Virus record (IMG/VR): IMGVR_UViG_3300024346_003797 | Coordinates: 13,091-77,090 of that record | Direction: 5' to 3' (one strand) | Origin: a virus | DNA: 64,000 nt | Shown here: in pieces, positions 9,661 to 25,000 of the stretch | Numbering within the stretch: the first letter of the stretch is position 1 | Layout: each line of letters opens with the position of its first letter | Translations under genes and position numbers: made by a program | Notes under the pieces: model-generated | The model's input: only the letters and a program-made list of their open reading frames with translations | Database searches by the model: none | Told to the model about the DNA's origin: nothing

Positions 9661-12600
9661 ATGGCTACAAGTTCACGACAATCAGCACTATTCGGCGTTA
9701 ACGACTGGAAGGCAATATACCAAACCTTCCGTGAAGCCGATTTCCGTTCATATGATTATGAAACATTACGTAAAAGTTTTATTGACTATTTGCGAGTTTA
9801 CTACCCAGAAACGTTTAATGATTATATCGAATCAAGTGAATTTATTGCGTTACTAGATGTTATGGCTTTTATGGGCCAAGGCCTAGCTTTCCGTAGTGAT
9901 TTAAATGCACGTGAAAACTTTATTGACACGGCTGAACGTAGAGATAGCGTTGTTAAATTAGCTAATTTGGTTAGTTATACTCCTAAACGTAATATAGCTG
10001 GTCAGGGTTATATCAAGGTAACAAGTATACAAACAAGTGAAAACATTACTGATTTAAATGGGTTCAATTTAAGCAATCAAACTGTATTATGGAATGATCC
10101 TGCAAATGTTAACTGGTTAGAACAGTTTAATACTATTATCAATGCAACATTAATTAACACACAACGTATCGGTCGTCCAGGAAATACTGCTCAACTGTTA
10201 GGAATAAAAACTGATGAATACGCTATTAATATTCCTCCTGCTAATCTTCCAATAATACCGTTTACTGCAGTAGTAGACAATCAAACAATGAACTTTGAGT
10301 TGGTCAGTGCTACTAGTTTAAATGAAGATTATGTTTATGAAATTCCACCTGCACCTAGTGGCAGAATGAATATGTTATATCGCAATGATAAATTGGGATA
10401 TGGCAGTCCAAACACAGGGTTCTTCTTTTATTTTAAACAAGGTAATTTGCAAAACTTTGATTTTAATTTAGCACAACAAATTGCTAATCAAGTTGTTGAC
10501 ATAGATATTCAAGGTATCAACAACACAGATACTTGGTTGTATCAGTTGAGTACTGATAACAGTTCTGCTGTTAATAGAACGTTATGGAATCAAGTAGAGA
10601 ATGTTTATGCTGACGCATATTTACAAACTGAAAATAGTGTTCGCAGAATATTCTCAGTTGGTTCTAGATTTAACGACCAAGTTAGTTACGTTTTTGGTGA
10701 TGGAGTATTTTCCGAGATTCCAGTTGGTTCATTTAGAGCATACGTTCGTGCAGGTAATGCATTAACATATACAATTGATCCAACTGAAATGCAAAATCTA
10801 TCAGTTACAATAAGTTATATTAGTAGAGTAGGACGAACAGAAACACTTACATTAGGATTAGAATTACAGACACCAGTGTCAACCGCACAGGCAAGAGAAA
10901 CATTAGCAAACATTAAACAACGTGCCCCTACTCGCTACTACACACAGAATAGAATGGTTAATGGTGAAGATTACAACAATTTCCCATATACATTATACAG
11001 TTCTATTATTAAAAGCAAAGCTATTAACCGTAGTTCTGTTGGCGTATCAAAAAACTTAGACTTGTTAGATCCAACCGGAAAATACTCCAGCACTAATAGT
11101 TTTGCAAATGATGGTGGTATGTACCAAGATAGTACCAATGGTAATGTGTTATTAACTATTACTACCACAGGTGATATTATTACATTCTTAACAAATACAT
11201 TAGCTGTATTATTAGGATCTGAACCCGGAAGTCTAGTGGGTGATAACAGAGCAAGACAATATTACATTCAAAATTATACACGCTATCCAGTAAACACTGC
11301 ATCAGGGGACGGCACTGTTTATTGGGAAGACCAAACAGTTGATGCCAATAGCATCACTGGTTATTTCTTTAATATTAATGGTAGTGCAAACACTCCCATA
11401 CCAGTAGGAACATATTCTACATACAATATGAAATATGCAACCAAAGGTGCTATGATTAAATTTATTGCACCGAGTGGTTATTATTTTAATGAATCCAGCA
11501 GATTGGTTTCTGGTATTGCAGGACCATCTGACAGAAGTTATATATGGACTACTGTATTAAATGTTATAGGCGATGGGTACAACAATGGTGAAGGTGCATT
11601 TAGTAATGGTACCGGACCTATAACGTTAAATGGTTATGTACCACAAGGTGCAATAGTTTCTACTATATTGCCTGCATTCGACAACTCACTACCTAATATA
11701 GTGTTACAGGAATGCAGAGTTAGAATGGAACTTAATCAGAGTTTTAGTTTAATATTTGACAATAGTTTAACCATCGCACAAGATCGATGGAGTATTGGTG
11801 CATACAATGCAAGTAACTATTTTGTTAACTTTGAAAGTGTAGGAAATAACCGTTATAGTGTAGCATATCGCTCGTTAGCATATTACTTTGGCAGTGTTGC
11901 TGATACTAGATTTACATATGAAACTGGTAAGTTAGTATACGATCCGTTTAGTGGTAAAATATTACAAGATTATGTTAAAGTATTAGCTACCAATACTCAA
12001 CCTGGAAGTAACTATCCATTGGCAATGCCAGTTCCAGTAAGTATCATTGGTCAAACAGTTGAGAGTGATGGATATGTTAATGATTTTGAAGTAGAGGTAT
12101 CAAGTATCGATGTAAATGATAGAACCATTATTACTAATCCGGATTTCTTTACAGAGGTAACAGGATATGTTAATGGTAATACAAACATCGGGGTATATAC
12201 ATTCTTTGAACTAGTACAAGATGCAATTAATCTATCACGTTATCAACTTATTGAATCAAGTTCGGTAGTTTATCAGTATGCAACTAAAACACAGGTTGAG
12301 GTAGTTAAGTATGAATATCCAGAAGGACAGTTATTCTATGCGTATACAGATAATTTATTTTATACAACAATACAAGACCAAACAATAAACACACCATATT
12401 ATATTGTAACTGAACAACCTCAATATAGTATGAAGCCTGGGCGTCAAGGATTGCAGTTCCAATATCGCCATAATAGTAATAACACTACACGTATTGATCC
12501 TGCTACAACAAATATTATCGATTTATATGTAGTAACACAAGCTTATTATACTGCGTATCAAAATTGGTTACAAGATATTACTGATACAGTACCAATGCCA

Positions 12601-13065
12601 GATAAGCCCACAATCAATGAATTATCACAAGCATATGGATCATTAAATGATTATAAGATGTTGAGTGATAGTGTGATTTTAAACAGTGTAGTTTTCTTAC
12701 CATTATTTGGACCTAAAGCTCCAACACAGTTACGAGCAACTATTAAAGTTATTAAAGCAAGCAATACTAATGCCAGTGATAGTGAAATTCGTAGTGCAGT
12801 TCTCTCTGCTATGAATACCTATTTTAGTATTAATAATTGGACATTTGGTGATACATTTTACTTCAGTGAACTAAGCGCATATCTACATTCACAAGTAGGT
12901 GAGTTAATAAGTTCTGCTGTGTTAGTTCCAAATGACCCAACAATGAACTTTGGTGATTTGTATGAAATTAAGGCTGCCCCATATGAGATTTTTGCAAATG
13001 GTGCAACAGCAAATGATGTTGTTGTTATTGCCGCATTGACTCCCGCCGAATTACAAATAAGATAA
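9661..13065 (+). CDS. gp6: baseplate wedge gp6 (baseplate J-like)
   Basis: DFRSYDYETLR, ENFIDTAERRDSV, FGDGVFSEIP, QNRMVNGEDY motifs. Confidence 0.88.
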   Translation: MATSSRQSALFGVNDWKAIYQTFREADFRSYDYETLRKSFIDYLRVYYPETFNDYIESSEFIALLDVMAFMGQGLAFRSDLNARENFIDTAERRDSVVKLANLVSYTPKRNIAGQGYIKVTSIQTSENITDLNGFNLSNQTVLWNDPANVNWLEQFNTIINATLINTQRIGRPGNTAQLLGIKTDEYAINIPPANLPIIPFTAVVDNQTMNFELVSATSLNEDYVYEIPPAPSGRMNMLYRNDKLGYGSPNTGFFFYFKQGNLQNFDFNLAQQIANQVVDIDIQGINNTDTWLYQLSTDNSSAVNRTLWNQVENVYADAYLQTENSVRRIFSVGSRFNDQVSYVFGDGVFSEIPVGSFRAYVRAGNALTYTIDPTEMQNLSVTISYISRVGRTETLTLGLELQTPVSTAQARETLANIKQRAPTRYYTQNRMVNGEDYNNFPYTLYSSIIKSKAINRSSVGVSKNLDLLDPTGKYSSTNSFANDGGMYQDSTNGNVLLTITTTGDIITFLTNTLAVLLGSEPGSLVGDNRARQYYIQNYTRYPVNTASGDGTVYWEDQTVDANSITGYFFNINGSANTPIPVGTYSTYNMKYATKGAMIKFIAPSGYYFNESSRLVSGIAGPSDRSYIWTTVLNVIGDGYNNGEGAFSNGTGPITLNGYVPQGAIVSTILPAFDNSLPNIVLQECRVRMELNQSFSLIFDNSLTIAQDRWSIGAYNASNYFVNFESVGNNRYSVAYRSLAYYFGSVADTRFTYETGKLVYDPFSGKILQDYVKVLATNTQPGSNYPLAMPVPVSIIGQTVESDGYVNDFEVEVSSIDVNDRTIITNPDFFTEVTGYVNGNTNIGVYTFFELVQDAINLSRYQLIESSSVVYQYATKTQVEVVKYEYPEGQLFYAYTDNLFYTTIQDQTINTPYYIVTEQPQYSMKPGRQGLQFQYRHNSNNTTRIDPATTNIIDLYVVTQAYYTAYQNWLQDITDTVPMPDKPTINELSQAYGSLNDYKMLSDSVILNSVVFLPLFGPKAPTQLRATIKVIKASNTNASDSEIRSAVLSAMNTYFSINNWTFGDTFYFSELSAYLHSQVGELISSAVLVPNDPTMNFGDLYEIKAAPYEIFANGATANDVVVIAALTPAELQIR

Positions 13066-13068
13066 GTA
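13061..13068 (+). promoter_or_regulatory. late promoter variant GATAAGTA
   Basis: Upstream of the giant ORF, same position as other late boxes. Confidence 0.55.
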
Positions 13069-13091
13069 CTATATAACCTTAGAGAGAAATA

Positions 13092-16000
13092 ATGGCAACA
13101 AGAATTAGAACACTGAATTTTCTACCTGAAATATTTAAAACAACTACAAATAGTCAATTTTTAAATGCGACATTAGATCAGATTGTAGATCAACCTAATG
13201 TTAAAAGAATTGAAGGTTACATAGGTAGCAGGTTTGGTTATGGTGTCAATGCAAAGAACTATTATGTCACTGAACCTACTAAAACTAGAACAGATTATCA
13301 ACTAGATCCCGGAGTAGTATTTCTTAAGAAAGATACAAATACCGCACAAGATTTTATTAGTTATCCGGGCATCATCGATGGATTAGAGTTGGAAGGTGCG
13401 GTAGTTAATAATAATAATAGGCTATTTACTAGTCAGTTCTATTCTTGGGATAGCTTTACTGACTTAGATAAGATTATTAACTTTAATCAATATTATTGGA
13501 TTCCAGAAGGACCAGATGCAGTAACAGTTAGTACAGAAACAGTTTATAACGCTACTGATTACATTGTAACAAGTACATCAAATGGATATTTAATTACAGC
13601 AGACGGCGCATCTCAAGGTTCTATCAACCCGTCTATCACATTATTACGTGGTGGCACTTACCGCTTTAGCGTAAATCAAAATAGTCAGTTTTGGATTCAA
13701 GGTATGCCTGGAGTTACTGGGTATGATCCAGCACAACCGAACGTACAAACACGTGATGTACTAGGTGTAGATAATAATGGAACAGAAGTTGGTGTAGTAA
13801 CATTCACCGTACCATTCAAAAACGCACAAGATGAATATAACTTTCCTGGCAATAACCGTGTTGATGTAGTATCAACACTTGCGTTTGATGACGTTAATGG
13901 GGTACTAGTTAGTAGTTTAACTAATGGTATTGATGGCATTACCTCGTTAGAAGGCTTAACATTAATGTTCTATAATACAGGTAGCCCATCTGTTATAGAA
14001 GCCGGATCATTTATAGTTGGTAATACTTATAAAATAAATACCATTGGCACTACTGATTTTACCTTAATTGGAGCAACATCAAATACAGTAGGGGTCTCAT
14101 TCATTGCAACTGGTATAGGTACTGGCAATGGAAGTGCAAACTCACTAACTGGTTATGTATCAAAGTTTTATGATACTACACCGTTTGATGAAGACGGCGG
14201 ATCTAGTTATACCCCTCCTGGTGACAGTTTGAATTTTGCAAACTTTGAAGGTGGATACTATACAGATATTGCATCAACATTTTATACTGTTACATATGAA
14301 GGTGACCCATCCGATCCTGTTATTAGACTAGTTGAAGCTGGTACTATACCAGTAGAAGAAAGAATTACTGCAAACTATGGTCAAGAGTTTATTGGAAGAA
14401 GTTTTTATCTAAACACAAGTGACACTATAATATTAATACCTTACCTAAGTGCTATTTTAGATACGTTGTATTATCAAGACGGTACATCTGGTAATAAAGT
14501 AGGTCAAATTAGATTGATTGCTAGTAATACTACTAACCGTATTGACGTAGACACTGATATTATAGGTAAGAAAAACTATACTTCACCCAACGGCGTAGTA
14601 TTTACTAATGGATTAAAAGTTATTTTTTCCGGTGAAATCTATCCCACTAGTTATGAAAACATTAGATATTATGTTGAGGGAGTGGGTACTGCAATTCAAC
14701 TAGTTCCGGTTACAGATTTGGTAGCTCCGGAACCGTTCACCTCAGGCACATACATTCCGTTTGACACTACACCATATGATATTGGAAACTTTGATAGCAA
14801 TTTATATGTTCCTGTAACTCCTGATTATATTACTATTGCTAGAAATAGTATTGATAAAAATCCATGGTCAAGAAGCAATCGATGGTTTCATATTGACGTA
14901 ATTACAGCTACTGCAACGTACAATAGTAATCCAGGATTAGTTACGTTATATGCTACTGCAAATAATAAAGCTAAACGTCCGGTCATTGAATTTTATCCTA
15001 ATCTAAGATTATTTGATGCAGGAGTTGTTGGCAAGGCACCTATTGACTTTATAGACTTTAGAACCACTGATGCATTAAATCAAGTAGCCGCACAAGAAAA
15101 CTATTATCCTGATGTGGAAGTTTATACTACATATACTGGAACTATCAATGGAGTTACAGGTACAAGTACAACCGTAACTATACTTGCAAATAACGTCACT
15201 GGCGCATTTCAAGTTGGTCAGTATATTAATGACAGTACAAATATTCTTCCTAGAAATAGTCAAATAACTAATATTTCTGGAACTACAACTCTTACATTAA
15301 CGGTAGAGTGGCTAGGTAGTCAAACAATAGGATCAACATCAGTCGCATCATTAATTGCCAATGATAATCAAAATGATGAGTATGCATTGTTTGATGGGGC
15401 ACGTGTAGTTTTTGCTGCCGATAATAATCAAGATGTTAAAAATAAAATATATGTTTCTAGATTTTCTACATTAACAGAAGGTGGTACTCCAGTAATCACC
15501 TTGACTGAAGCTGAAGATGGTTTAGTATTACCTGATGAACAAACAGTTGCATTTAGAGGTTTCAATTATCAAGGTATGGATTTTTACTTTGACGGTATTG
15601 ATTGGATAGAAGGTCAACAAAAAACTACCGTAAATCAACCACCATTGTTTGACATATTTGATGAGAACAATATAAGTTTTGGTAACAGTGATGTATATGT
15701 AGGTACATCATTCACTGGTAATAAATTATTTGCGTATGGACTAGGCATAGGTTCTGATGATCCTGTATTAGGTTTCCCATTGCAATACAGTTCTATTGAC
15801 AATGTGGGAGATATTAGTTTTGATGTTTCATTAAACTCTGCAACATTTAACTATGTTAGTGGTACAACTCCTATTACACAAAAAGTTAACACGGGATACG
15901 TATATAATTATACAGATTTAATCACATCAATACGTCAATTAGGCTGGCAAACTGCAATTGCACCTAGTGTGCAATATCAAATATTTGAGTTTGATTATTT

Positions 16001-19000
16001 TGCAAGTAACCCAACTAGCACATTCACATGTGATATTGCTAAACTAGCAGATAGTGACAGTGCATGGCCTACAATACAAGTTTTTGTAAATAACCAAATA
16101 CAAGATACTAGCAATTATACAGTAACTACAACTTCTTCACAAACTATTGTGACGTTGGCTGTACCTAATCCATTAATAGATACAGTAGTTGAAATCTCAG
16201 TATTAAGTGACCAAGTAAGCGAAACTGCATATTACGGTATACCTATTAATTTAAATAACAACCCATTAAATGCCGACGTTACAAATGTTAACGTTGGTGA
16301 TATACGTGGACAATATCAAAGTAGTTTCTACAATAATCCTAACACAACCGGCGAAGTATTTGGACCAAACAACTATCGTGATTTAGGAAACATGGTTCCA
16401 TATGGTAATAGAATTATCCAAAACAGCGCAAGCTTAGTATTACCGGGCGCATTCTTACGCAAACAGAACCATAACTTATTCAATGCATTACTATATAATA
16501 GCAGAGAGTATATTACATTTAAGACGTTATTAGTAGACACAGTTAATAACACAGAATACAATGTTTATACTTCACCATCTACAATGTTAGATGATGCACT
16601 AGACCAGATAACTAAATCAAAATCCGATAGTAATAGTTTCTTTTGGAGTGATATGTTGCCAAGTAAGGCAGCATACATTACCAATACATATAGTTTTGCA
16701 AATGCATTAGATGTAAGTATATATCCATTAAGTAAGGTGTATAATTTTGATACTGCTAATTATAACGGCGTGTTAGTATATTTGACTACATCCGCTGGTA
16801 TAACTTCTCAGTTAATTCGTAATGTTGATTATACAGTAAGCAGTACTAGTCCATCATTGACAGTAACACTAGATTTGGCTCCTGGTGATCAAATTACCAT
16901 TAAGGAATATAATCAAACTTATGGTTCATATGTTCCAAACACTCCTACTAAGTTGGGATTATATCCAGCAACAATACCAGCAGTAGTATTAGATATTAAT
17001 TATAATCAACCTACATATTTTATTGTAGGGCATGATGGTTCATATAATAAATTATATGGGGATTACATTGATGGTAGATTAATTGATTTTAGAGACCAAG
17101 TGTTATTAGAATATGAAACACGTGTATATAATAACTTAAAACTAAGCAACGTTATACCTATTCAGGCATATGAAGTTATGCCCGGCTTCTTTAGAGATAC
17201 CGATTATAGTTATGATGAGATACTAGAAATATATTCTAGTAGCTTTTTAAACTGGGTAGGACAAAATAGAATCAACTACAAAAAACAGTTTTATAATACC
17301 AATAATGAATATACCTATAACTATAACGTAAGTGGTAATAAAATAAACAGAGAAGTTATACCTCAAGGATATTGGAGAGGTATATATGAATATTTCTATG
17401 ACACTAGCAATCCGGATACTTATCCATGGGAAATGCTTGGCTTCACCGATCAGCCTACATGGTGGCAAACACGTTACGGACCTGCACCATATACAAGTGA
17501 TAACTTAGTATTATGGAATGATTTAGCACAGGGTATCGATTGGAATAACGGCAACCCTGTTGTTATACCAAAAGCAGTTCGCCCACAATTATTACAAGTA
17601 TTGCCAGTAGATAGCGCAGGTAATTTAGTATCACCATTCGTATCTATTGTAGGTAATTACAGCAACACATCATTTAACCGTGATTGGAAAGTTGGTGATG
17701 TGGGTCCAGCAGAATTCTCATATCGCAGAAGTAGTAGCTGGCCTTTTGACTTAATGCGTATATTAGCATTGACTAAGCCTGCTGAGTTTTTTAATTTAGG
17801 GGTTGATGTTGACAATTACAAATACAATGAAGAATTTAATCAATACTTGGTTAATAATCGCAGTCACCTAGTCATCAGTGATGTAGAAATATACGGCAAT
17901 GGAATTGCTAAAACAAGTTATATCAACTGGGTAGTTGACTTTGAGAAACAAGTTGGTATAGATGCAACAACAAATATTACAGAATTATTAGATAATATTG
18001 ACGTTAGGTTAGTATATCGTGTAGCAGGATTTAGTGATAAAAACTTATTAAAATTCTATGTTGAAAAATCTACAGCAAATAGCAATAACAGTAGTTTATT
18101 AATTCCCGATGAAAGCTATCAGGTACTGCTATATGATAACCAACCCTTTGACCGTATTACGTACAGCGGGGTAGTAATTCAATTAACAGATCAGGGCTAC
18201 TATAAGGTATATGGCAATAGTCAAACTAATGCATACTTTAATGTATTGCTACCTAAAATTAATGGTAGATATGAAAGAGTATCTGTTCAAGGCTTAAGCG
18301 TTCAACTAGCCACAGACTATTACTCTAATCCTACATTGGTTGCGTATGGCACAGAATTTTATAACGTACAAGAAGTAGCACAATTCCTAGAGAGTTATGG
18401 TAGATACTTAGCAAGTCAGGGTGTGTTGTTTGACCAAATAGAATCTGGATTAGAAGTAAGCTGGAGACAAATGGTTGCTGAATATTTATATTGGGCACAA
18501 ACTGGTTGGGAATCAGGCAGTATTGTTAATATAAATCCTGCGGCATCATTCCTCTCTATCAATAAAGATAGTTATATTGTACAACCATTGACGTTACAAC
18601 AACAAAACTTTGTGTTAAATCAAAACTTATATCCAATACAAAGCACTGATTTAAGTATTGTACGTGATGGTACATTATTCTCTGCACAACCACTAAATCA
18701 AGGTGATACTATTGCGTATGGTCAATTTAATATTAGTAACTTTGAACATGGCATTGTCTTTGACAACGTTACATTATTTGACGATGTGATTTACAACCTA
18801 ACAACTGGCTTACGACAAAATCGTATTAACGTTCGTGGCACAAAAACTGCTGACTGGAATGGTACAGTTGATGCTCAAGGTTTTATTCTTAATCAAGACA
18901 ACATACTTGATTGGAGCAAAGAAGTTAAGTATACTACAGGATCAATCGTCAAATACAAGAACAAATACTGGATTGCTATTACCATCATTCAAGCAAAAGC

Positions 19001-22000
19001 TGTATTTGATGAACGTGAATGGAAAGAAACAGATTATAACGAAATACAAAAAGGCTTATTACCTAACACCAGTACACGTTCATATGAATCTACATTGTAC
19101 TATGATGTAAATCGTGCTAACTTAGAAAATGATGCTGACTTGTTAAGCTTTAGTTTGATTGGCTATCGCCCACGTAATTATTTGGCTCTTGCTGATTTAA
19201 CAGATATTACACAGATTAATGTCTATAAAAACTTTATTAAGAATAAAGGAACAATGAATGCAGTTAGTGCATTTAAGGGAGCTAATTTACCACAAGGTGG
19301 TATTGATTATGATGTGTATGAAAACTGGGCTATTAAATCAGGTGAGTTTGGTGGTGTATTAAATAGCAACTTCATTGACTTCAAGCTTAATGAAACATTA
19401 TTAACAGGTAATCCAAGTATTGTTGGATTAACAAATGGTGTATCAACTGATGGTGTACAACAAGAAGTACCTTTATATAGTATATATAACTATGGTAGAC
19501 CAATAAATTCTACTACTGTTCTACCCACATTACCAACTGATACCCCTTCAACACTGTTCCCTTATGCAGGTTATGCTAATTTTAATGATATGCGTATTGC
19601 CGCATATTATTATTTTAACTTAGCAAATAGTACATCTCCTAGTGGAGAGGTAGTACCTTTAGCAAGACTATACGTGGGTCAATATGTTTGGATAGCCGAT
19701 TACCAAGGTACATGGCAAGTAATGACACCTATAAGTTTAGGTGCAATCATATTTGCTAAAAACAATTTGAACGGTACTGCAACAATTACATTCAGTACAC
19801 CTCATGGACTGACAAAATATCAGCCTTTTGCAATAGTTAATTTTAATGATAGTTTAAATGGTTATTACGTTGCTACAACTATAGTTGATCCAAACAATAT
19901 TATTGTTAATGTCACATTAGATCCTGCCATCACTACTATAACTGGTCAAGGCGTAGGATTTAGATTCCAATCGCAACGTGTAGATAACCCTAGTGATATT
20001 ATTAATTTACCATTACTGAATAATGAATTTGTTAAAAATAAGGTATGGGTAGATACTAATACTGACGGAAGTTGGGCAGTATATCGTAAATCTATTAATT
20101 ATGCATATGATTCCGAACTAGTTAAAGACGGATCAGAAACATTTGGTAGTGCAGTCGCATATACTGATAGTTTGGGTTATTTAGTTGGGGATGCAGATGC
20201 AGGTGTTGTGTATCGTTATAGCTTTAATGACTTATTCAACCAATATTTGTTAACTCAAACATTAACACAAACATCTTCATTTGGAACAACAATTGCATAT
20301 GCAGATGATATATTTGTAATATCTCAACCTACAGGTGCAAGCACAGTTTACATTTACCAACTAGTTGTTAACACTACAGTAGATGCTTTACAATCATTTC
20401 AAACAGCAATAACAGCACCAGGTGGTGTTACTGAATGGGGAAGAGCAATTGCAATTTCAGGTGATAAGAACTGGTTATATATTTCTGCAGTAACATCGTC
20501 AGCTAGTTTAGTTTATGTATATCAACTATCTGCCGTAACAGATGAATATGAGTTATCTACTACAATCGATTTTGGATTACCTAATACTGATAATTTTGGC
20601 TATTCGTTAGCTACTGATTATTATGGCGATACTATAATAATTGGTGCACCTACAAAACAATATGATAGCAGTACCAGTAACTGGGGCTATACATATGTTT
20701 ATGATAGAACAGTACAAAATGATGAAGCACAATATACTAGTTTACCTGACGTTCCTCAAACATTCGCAATGGCTTGGACACCGTCGACTACAACTATTAC
20801 AGCAACTGCAAGTGATGCAGGTACAGATCGTTTTACATGTGCAGATAGCTCATCGTTGGTAGTAGGTAGTCCAATCGTATTTACCGGTACTGTATATGGT
20901 GGTGTTTCTTTAAATACTGTATATTACATATTAGCTAAACCAACAGGCACTACATTTACTATATCGACCGAGCGTAGTGGAACTATATTACCATTAAGTA
21001 CTGATACCGGGTCTATGTCTGTTGTACAACAAAATGATAGTTTATTAGTAAATGTTAACGGAACACTAATAACAGACAATAATTATAGTATAATAGGTTC
21101 TACCTTTAATGTGTACAGTTCATTAAATGCAGGTGATATTGTTACTATAAGTGGTAACAACTTTGTATTAGCTCAAACGTTAACTACCGAGACTACTCCT
21201 AGAATTGGAGTACAGTTTGGTACTAGCATTGACACAACTACATATGCAACTGAAATACTAGTTGGTGCACCCTTTGAGATTAACAGTCAAAACCAAGAAG
21301 GTGCAGTATATCGTTATACCAATGGTGGTAGCAAATATGGTATGGTAATCGGTACCAGTAATTGTGCAATCACTACAAGTAGAACTATATTAATTAATGG
21401 CTATATGGTTGTGTTACCTGCTGGTAATGCAACTACATCTGCTACTGCTATTAATCAATCAAATATAACTAATGTTTATGCTACTGCATTAGATGGTAAA
21501 TTGATTATCAGTTTAATAGATAATGCATTGGCATTAGTTAATGATAAACTTAATATTACCTCATTAGCAACTGCTACATGGGCAGAGTTAGGATTTAACC
21601 AATATACTCAAACTCAAGTTATTAACGATCCGCATGTTCAAGGTACTACTCAGTTTGGTAATGTAGTTAAGTTTAATGAGTTTGACTCATTTATTGTTAG
21701 TGCACCTACTGCTACACGTTATGAAGCAACTACGTTTGATGCATCGGATGATGACAACTATGACAATGACACATTATTTGACAATAATGCCACTCAGTGG
21801 GTAGACACATATAGAAATGCCGGAGCAGTTTATATGTTTGATTATTTAGGTGTATATAATGAAACATTAGCTAACTGTGGTAACTTTGTATATGCTCAGA
21901 GTGTAAACGACATTAATGAAACATTTGGTAGTCAACCCATGTATGGTCATGCATTAGAGTTTAATGCATCGCAAGTGGTTATAGGTACACCAGACTTTAA

Positions 22001-25000
22001 ACCGGACACTGTTGCAGGACAAATTGTAACTTATACTAATGCTACCGGTGCTACTGATTGGAGTGTATATAGAAGCTCAAGTCCAGTTGTTGACATTGAC
22101 AGAATACAAAATATTCAGTTATACAGTGCGTTGACTAATAACACATTAGATAATTTAGATTATATCGATCCATTACAAGGAAAAATATTAGGGTCAGTAA
22201 GACAAAACATTGATGTTGTATCTAATGCAGACCCTGCAGGTTATAACTCACCTAACAAACCATTAGGAACAATAGTTTGGGGTGCCGCACAAGTTGGTCA
22301 ATTGTGGTTCAATACAAGTACAACTCGTTTTGTAAATTATCATCAAAATGACGTAGTATATGATAGTAAATGGTGGGGGCAAGTATTCCCAGGCAGTGAT
22401 GTTACAGTGTATAGTTGGATAACAAGTAATGTTCCTCCTGCTCTGTATACAGGGCCTGGTACAGCATATGATATTGATTCATATGCTATAGAATATATGT
22501 TAAATTCTACTGGTGTATTGACGCCGGTATATTTCTATTGGGTACGTAATACCAATATTGTGTTCACTAAAACTGGAAAAACACTATCAGACAGTATTAT
22601 ACAGATGTACATCACTTCGCCTATAAACTCTGGTATAAGTTATTTCGCTCCTTTAGAACAAGGCATTTATGCTTTGTATAACTGTGGAGAAAACATCAAC
22701 GGAACTGATACAGTATTACATATTGGATATAGTACAGGCACAAATGATGATACATCACACAGTGTATATAACTTAATACGCACTAACTATGCTGATGATT
22801 TCTTACCTGGATTACCAGAAGTATCACATACTCATACTATAAATCATGGCACTAATAACACTACTACAGGAATTCCAGAATCATTGTATGATAGAATGTT
22901 AGATAGCTTGTGCGGAGTAGATGAATCCGGTGGTGTTGTCCCCGATCCATATTTACCTAAACCAGTACAGTCTGGTATATATGCTAGACCAAGACAAAGC
23001 TTCTTTGTTAATAGATTCCTTGCATTGAAAAACTATTTGACTTATGCTAACGAAGTGTTAGCACAATATCCTATAACTGAAACAAGAAACGCTAGCTTTT
23101 TAAATGCAAAAAATCCAACTATAATAGAAACTATTGTTGCTGGCAATTGTCAAGCTAATACAATATATACTATTGTAACTGTAGGTGATGTTGATTGGAC
23201 TAGTATAGGTGCATCAAGTAATACAGTGGGAGTTACATTTACTGCTACTGGACCTGCTACCGGTTCTAGTAGAAATACAGGTACTGCATCGTTCTTAGCA
23301 TTTACAGAAGGCGCCAAGTATAATACACCTGACTATTGGAGTTATATAAATTGGTGGGCAACCGGATATGACAATAATACAAAATCAGCGTTACAAGTTC
23401 CTATCTATGCAGACTTGGCTACAGTTGATGCAAGTCCCGGTTTAATAGTTACAGTTACTGCAAACGGTGACGGTAAATCAGAAACCTATGTTTATACTAA
23501 TTTAGGTATATGGGAACGTATTGGCTTACAAGATGGTACAATTGCATTTGACTCAAGCTTATGGGATTATAAAACAGCACGTTTAGGATTTGGTGATAAC
23601 TTCTTTGACACAACTCCTTATGATTTGTACCCTTCGCAAGAAACACGCAACATTACACGTGCATTAAATGAAGAAATCTATACTAACGAATTATTGATTT
23701 TTAGAAACAAGAGCTTGATTTTATTATTTGAGTATATTCAAAGTGAAACAATCGAGTCACAAAATTATTTGCCATGGTTAAATAAAACGTCATTTATTGA
23801 TGTAGCACACACCATTCGTGACTTACGACCAATTGAAGTATATCAATCAGATAACCAAGATTTCTTGTCAGGATATATTAACGAAGTAAAACCATACCAT
23901 GTAGTTATCAAAGAGTTCTTGTTTAAATATACAGGCACAGATGTATATGCAGGTATTATTACTGATTTTGATTTACCAGCACAATATAATACGTCAGTAG
24001 AGCAGTTTATTACTCCTGAGTTAGTTTATGCTAACCCAAGTTCAGCTAATCAATATTTACCTACAGATCCTATATGGCAAACAGCTCCGTATAGTGAATG
24101 GTTTAATAACTATGGATTAAGTATTACTGGTGTAAACAACTATCAAATCACAGTATTAGCATCATATATTTCACTAAACGCTGGTTCGTTTGCAGTAGAT
24201 AATGCATACGGTTTCCCAATTAACGGCACTATACTTATTGGTGATGAGTTGATAGGATACTCAAGCGTAGATAGGTCAAATAATACATTAACTGGGTTAA
24301 CAAGAGGGGTAGACGGAACACCAATCACAGCACATATACCCGGTGAAATTATTTCAATGGATTTACCTGCAGTATTGTTATTAGACGGTGGGCGTGGCTA
24401 CACTGAACCACCTAGAATAACCGCATATATTGACACTACGATATATCCTGAACCAAGACGCCCTGCAGTACTACAAGCAGTAATGAGTTTGGACTCAATA
24501 TTAAGTGTGAATGTAATTGATCCGGGCGATGGTTATGCAGTATTACCGCAAATCATTATAGATCCTTCTATCTTAATTCCTTTTACTGCAAATAATGTTG
24601 ACACCTTAACAAGTACAATAGCGTTACCCGCACCATTATTACAAACAGGCGATTTAGTAAAATATACAGTAGGTGCTAGTACTACCGCAGTTGGTGGATT
24701 AGATACTGACCAGTATTACTATGTTGGAGTATTGGAATCAACTCCTACGTTTAACATTGCATTATATACAACTTATAGAGATGCTGTTAACGATAGTGAC
24801 CGTGTTATATTGTTTGATGCCGGTACTGGAAACAATAACCTATTAAGTGTTAGTGCAAGAGCAAGCTGTATATCTACATCAATACCAATTCGTGAAAATA
24901 TAATTACATTGCGATTTGATAGAACAACATATAATTCTCAAGTAACCGATTGGCAAGGTGGACAATTCTATGGTAGTTTCTATGCTGGATTGTTTAATAA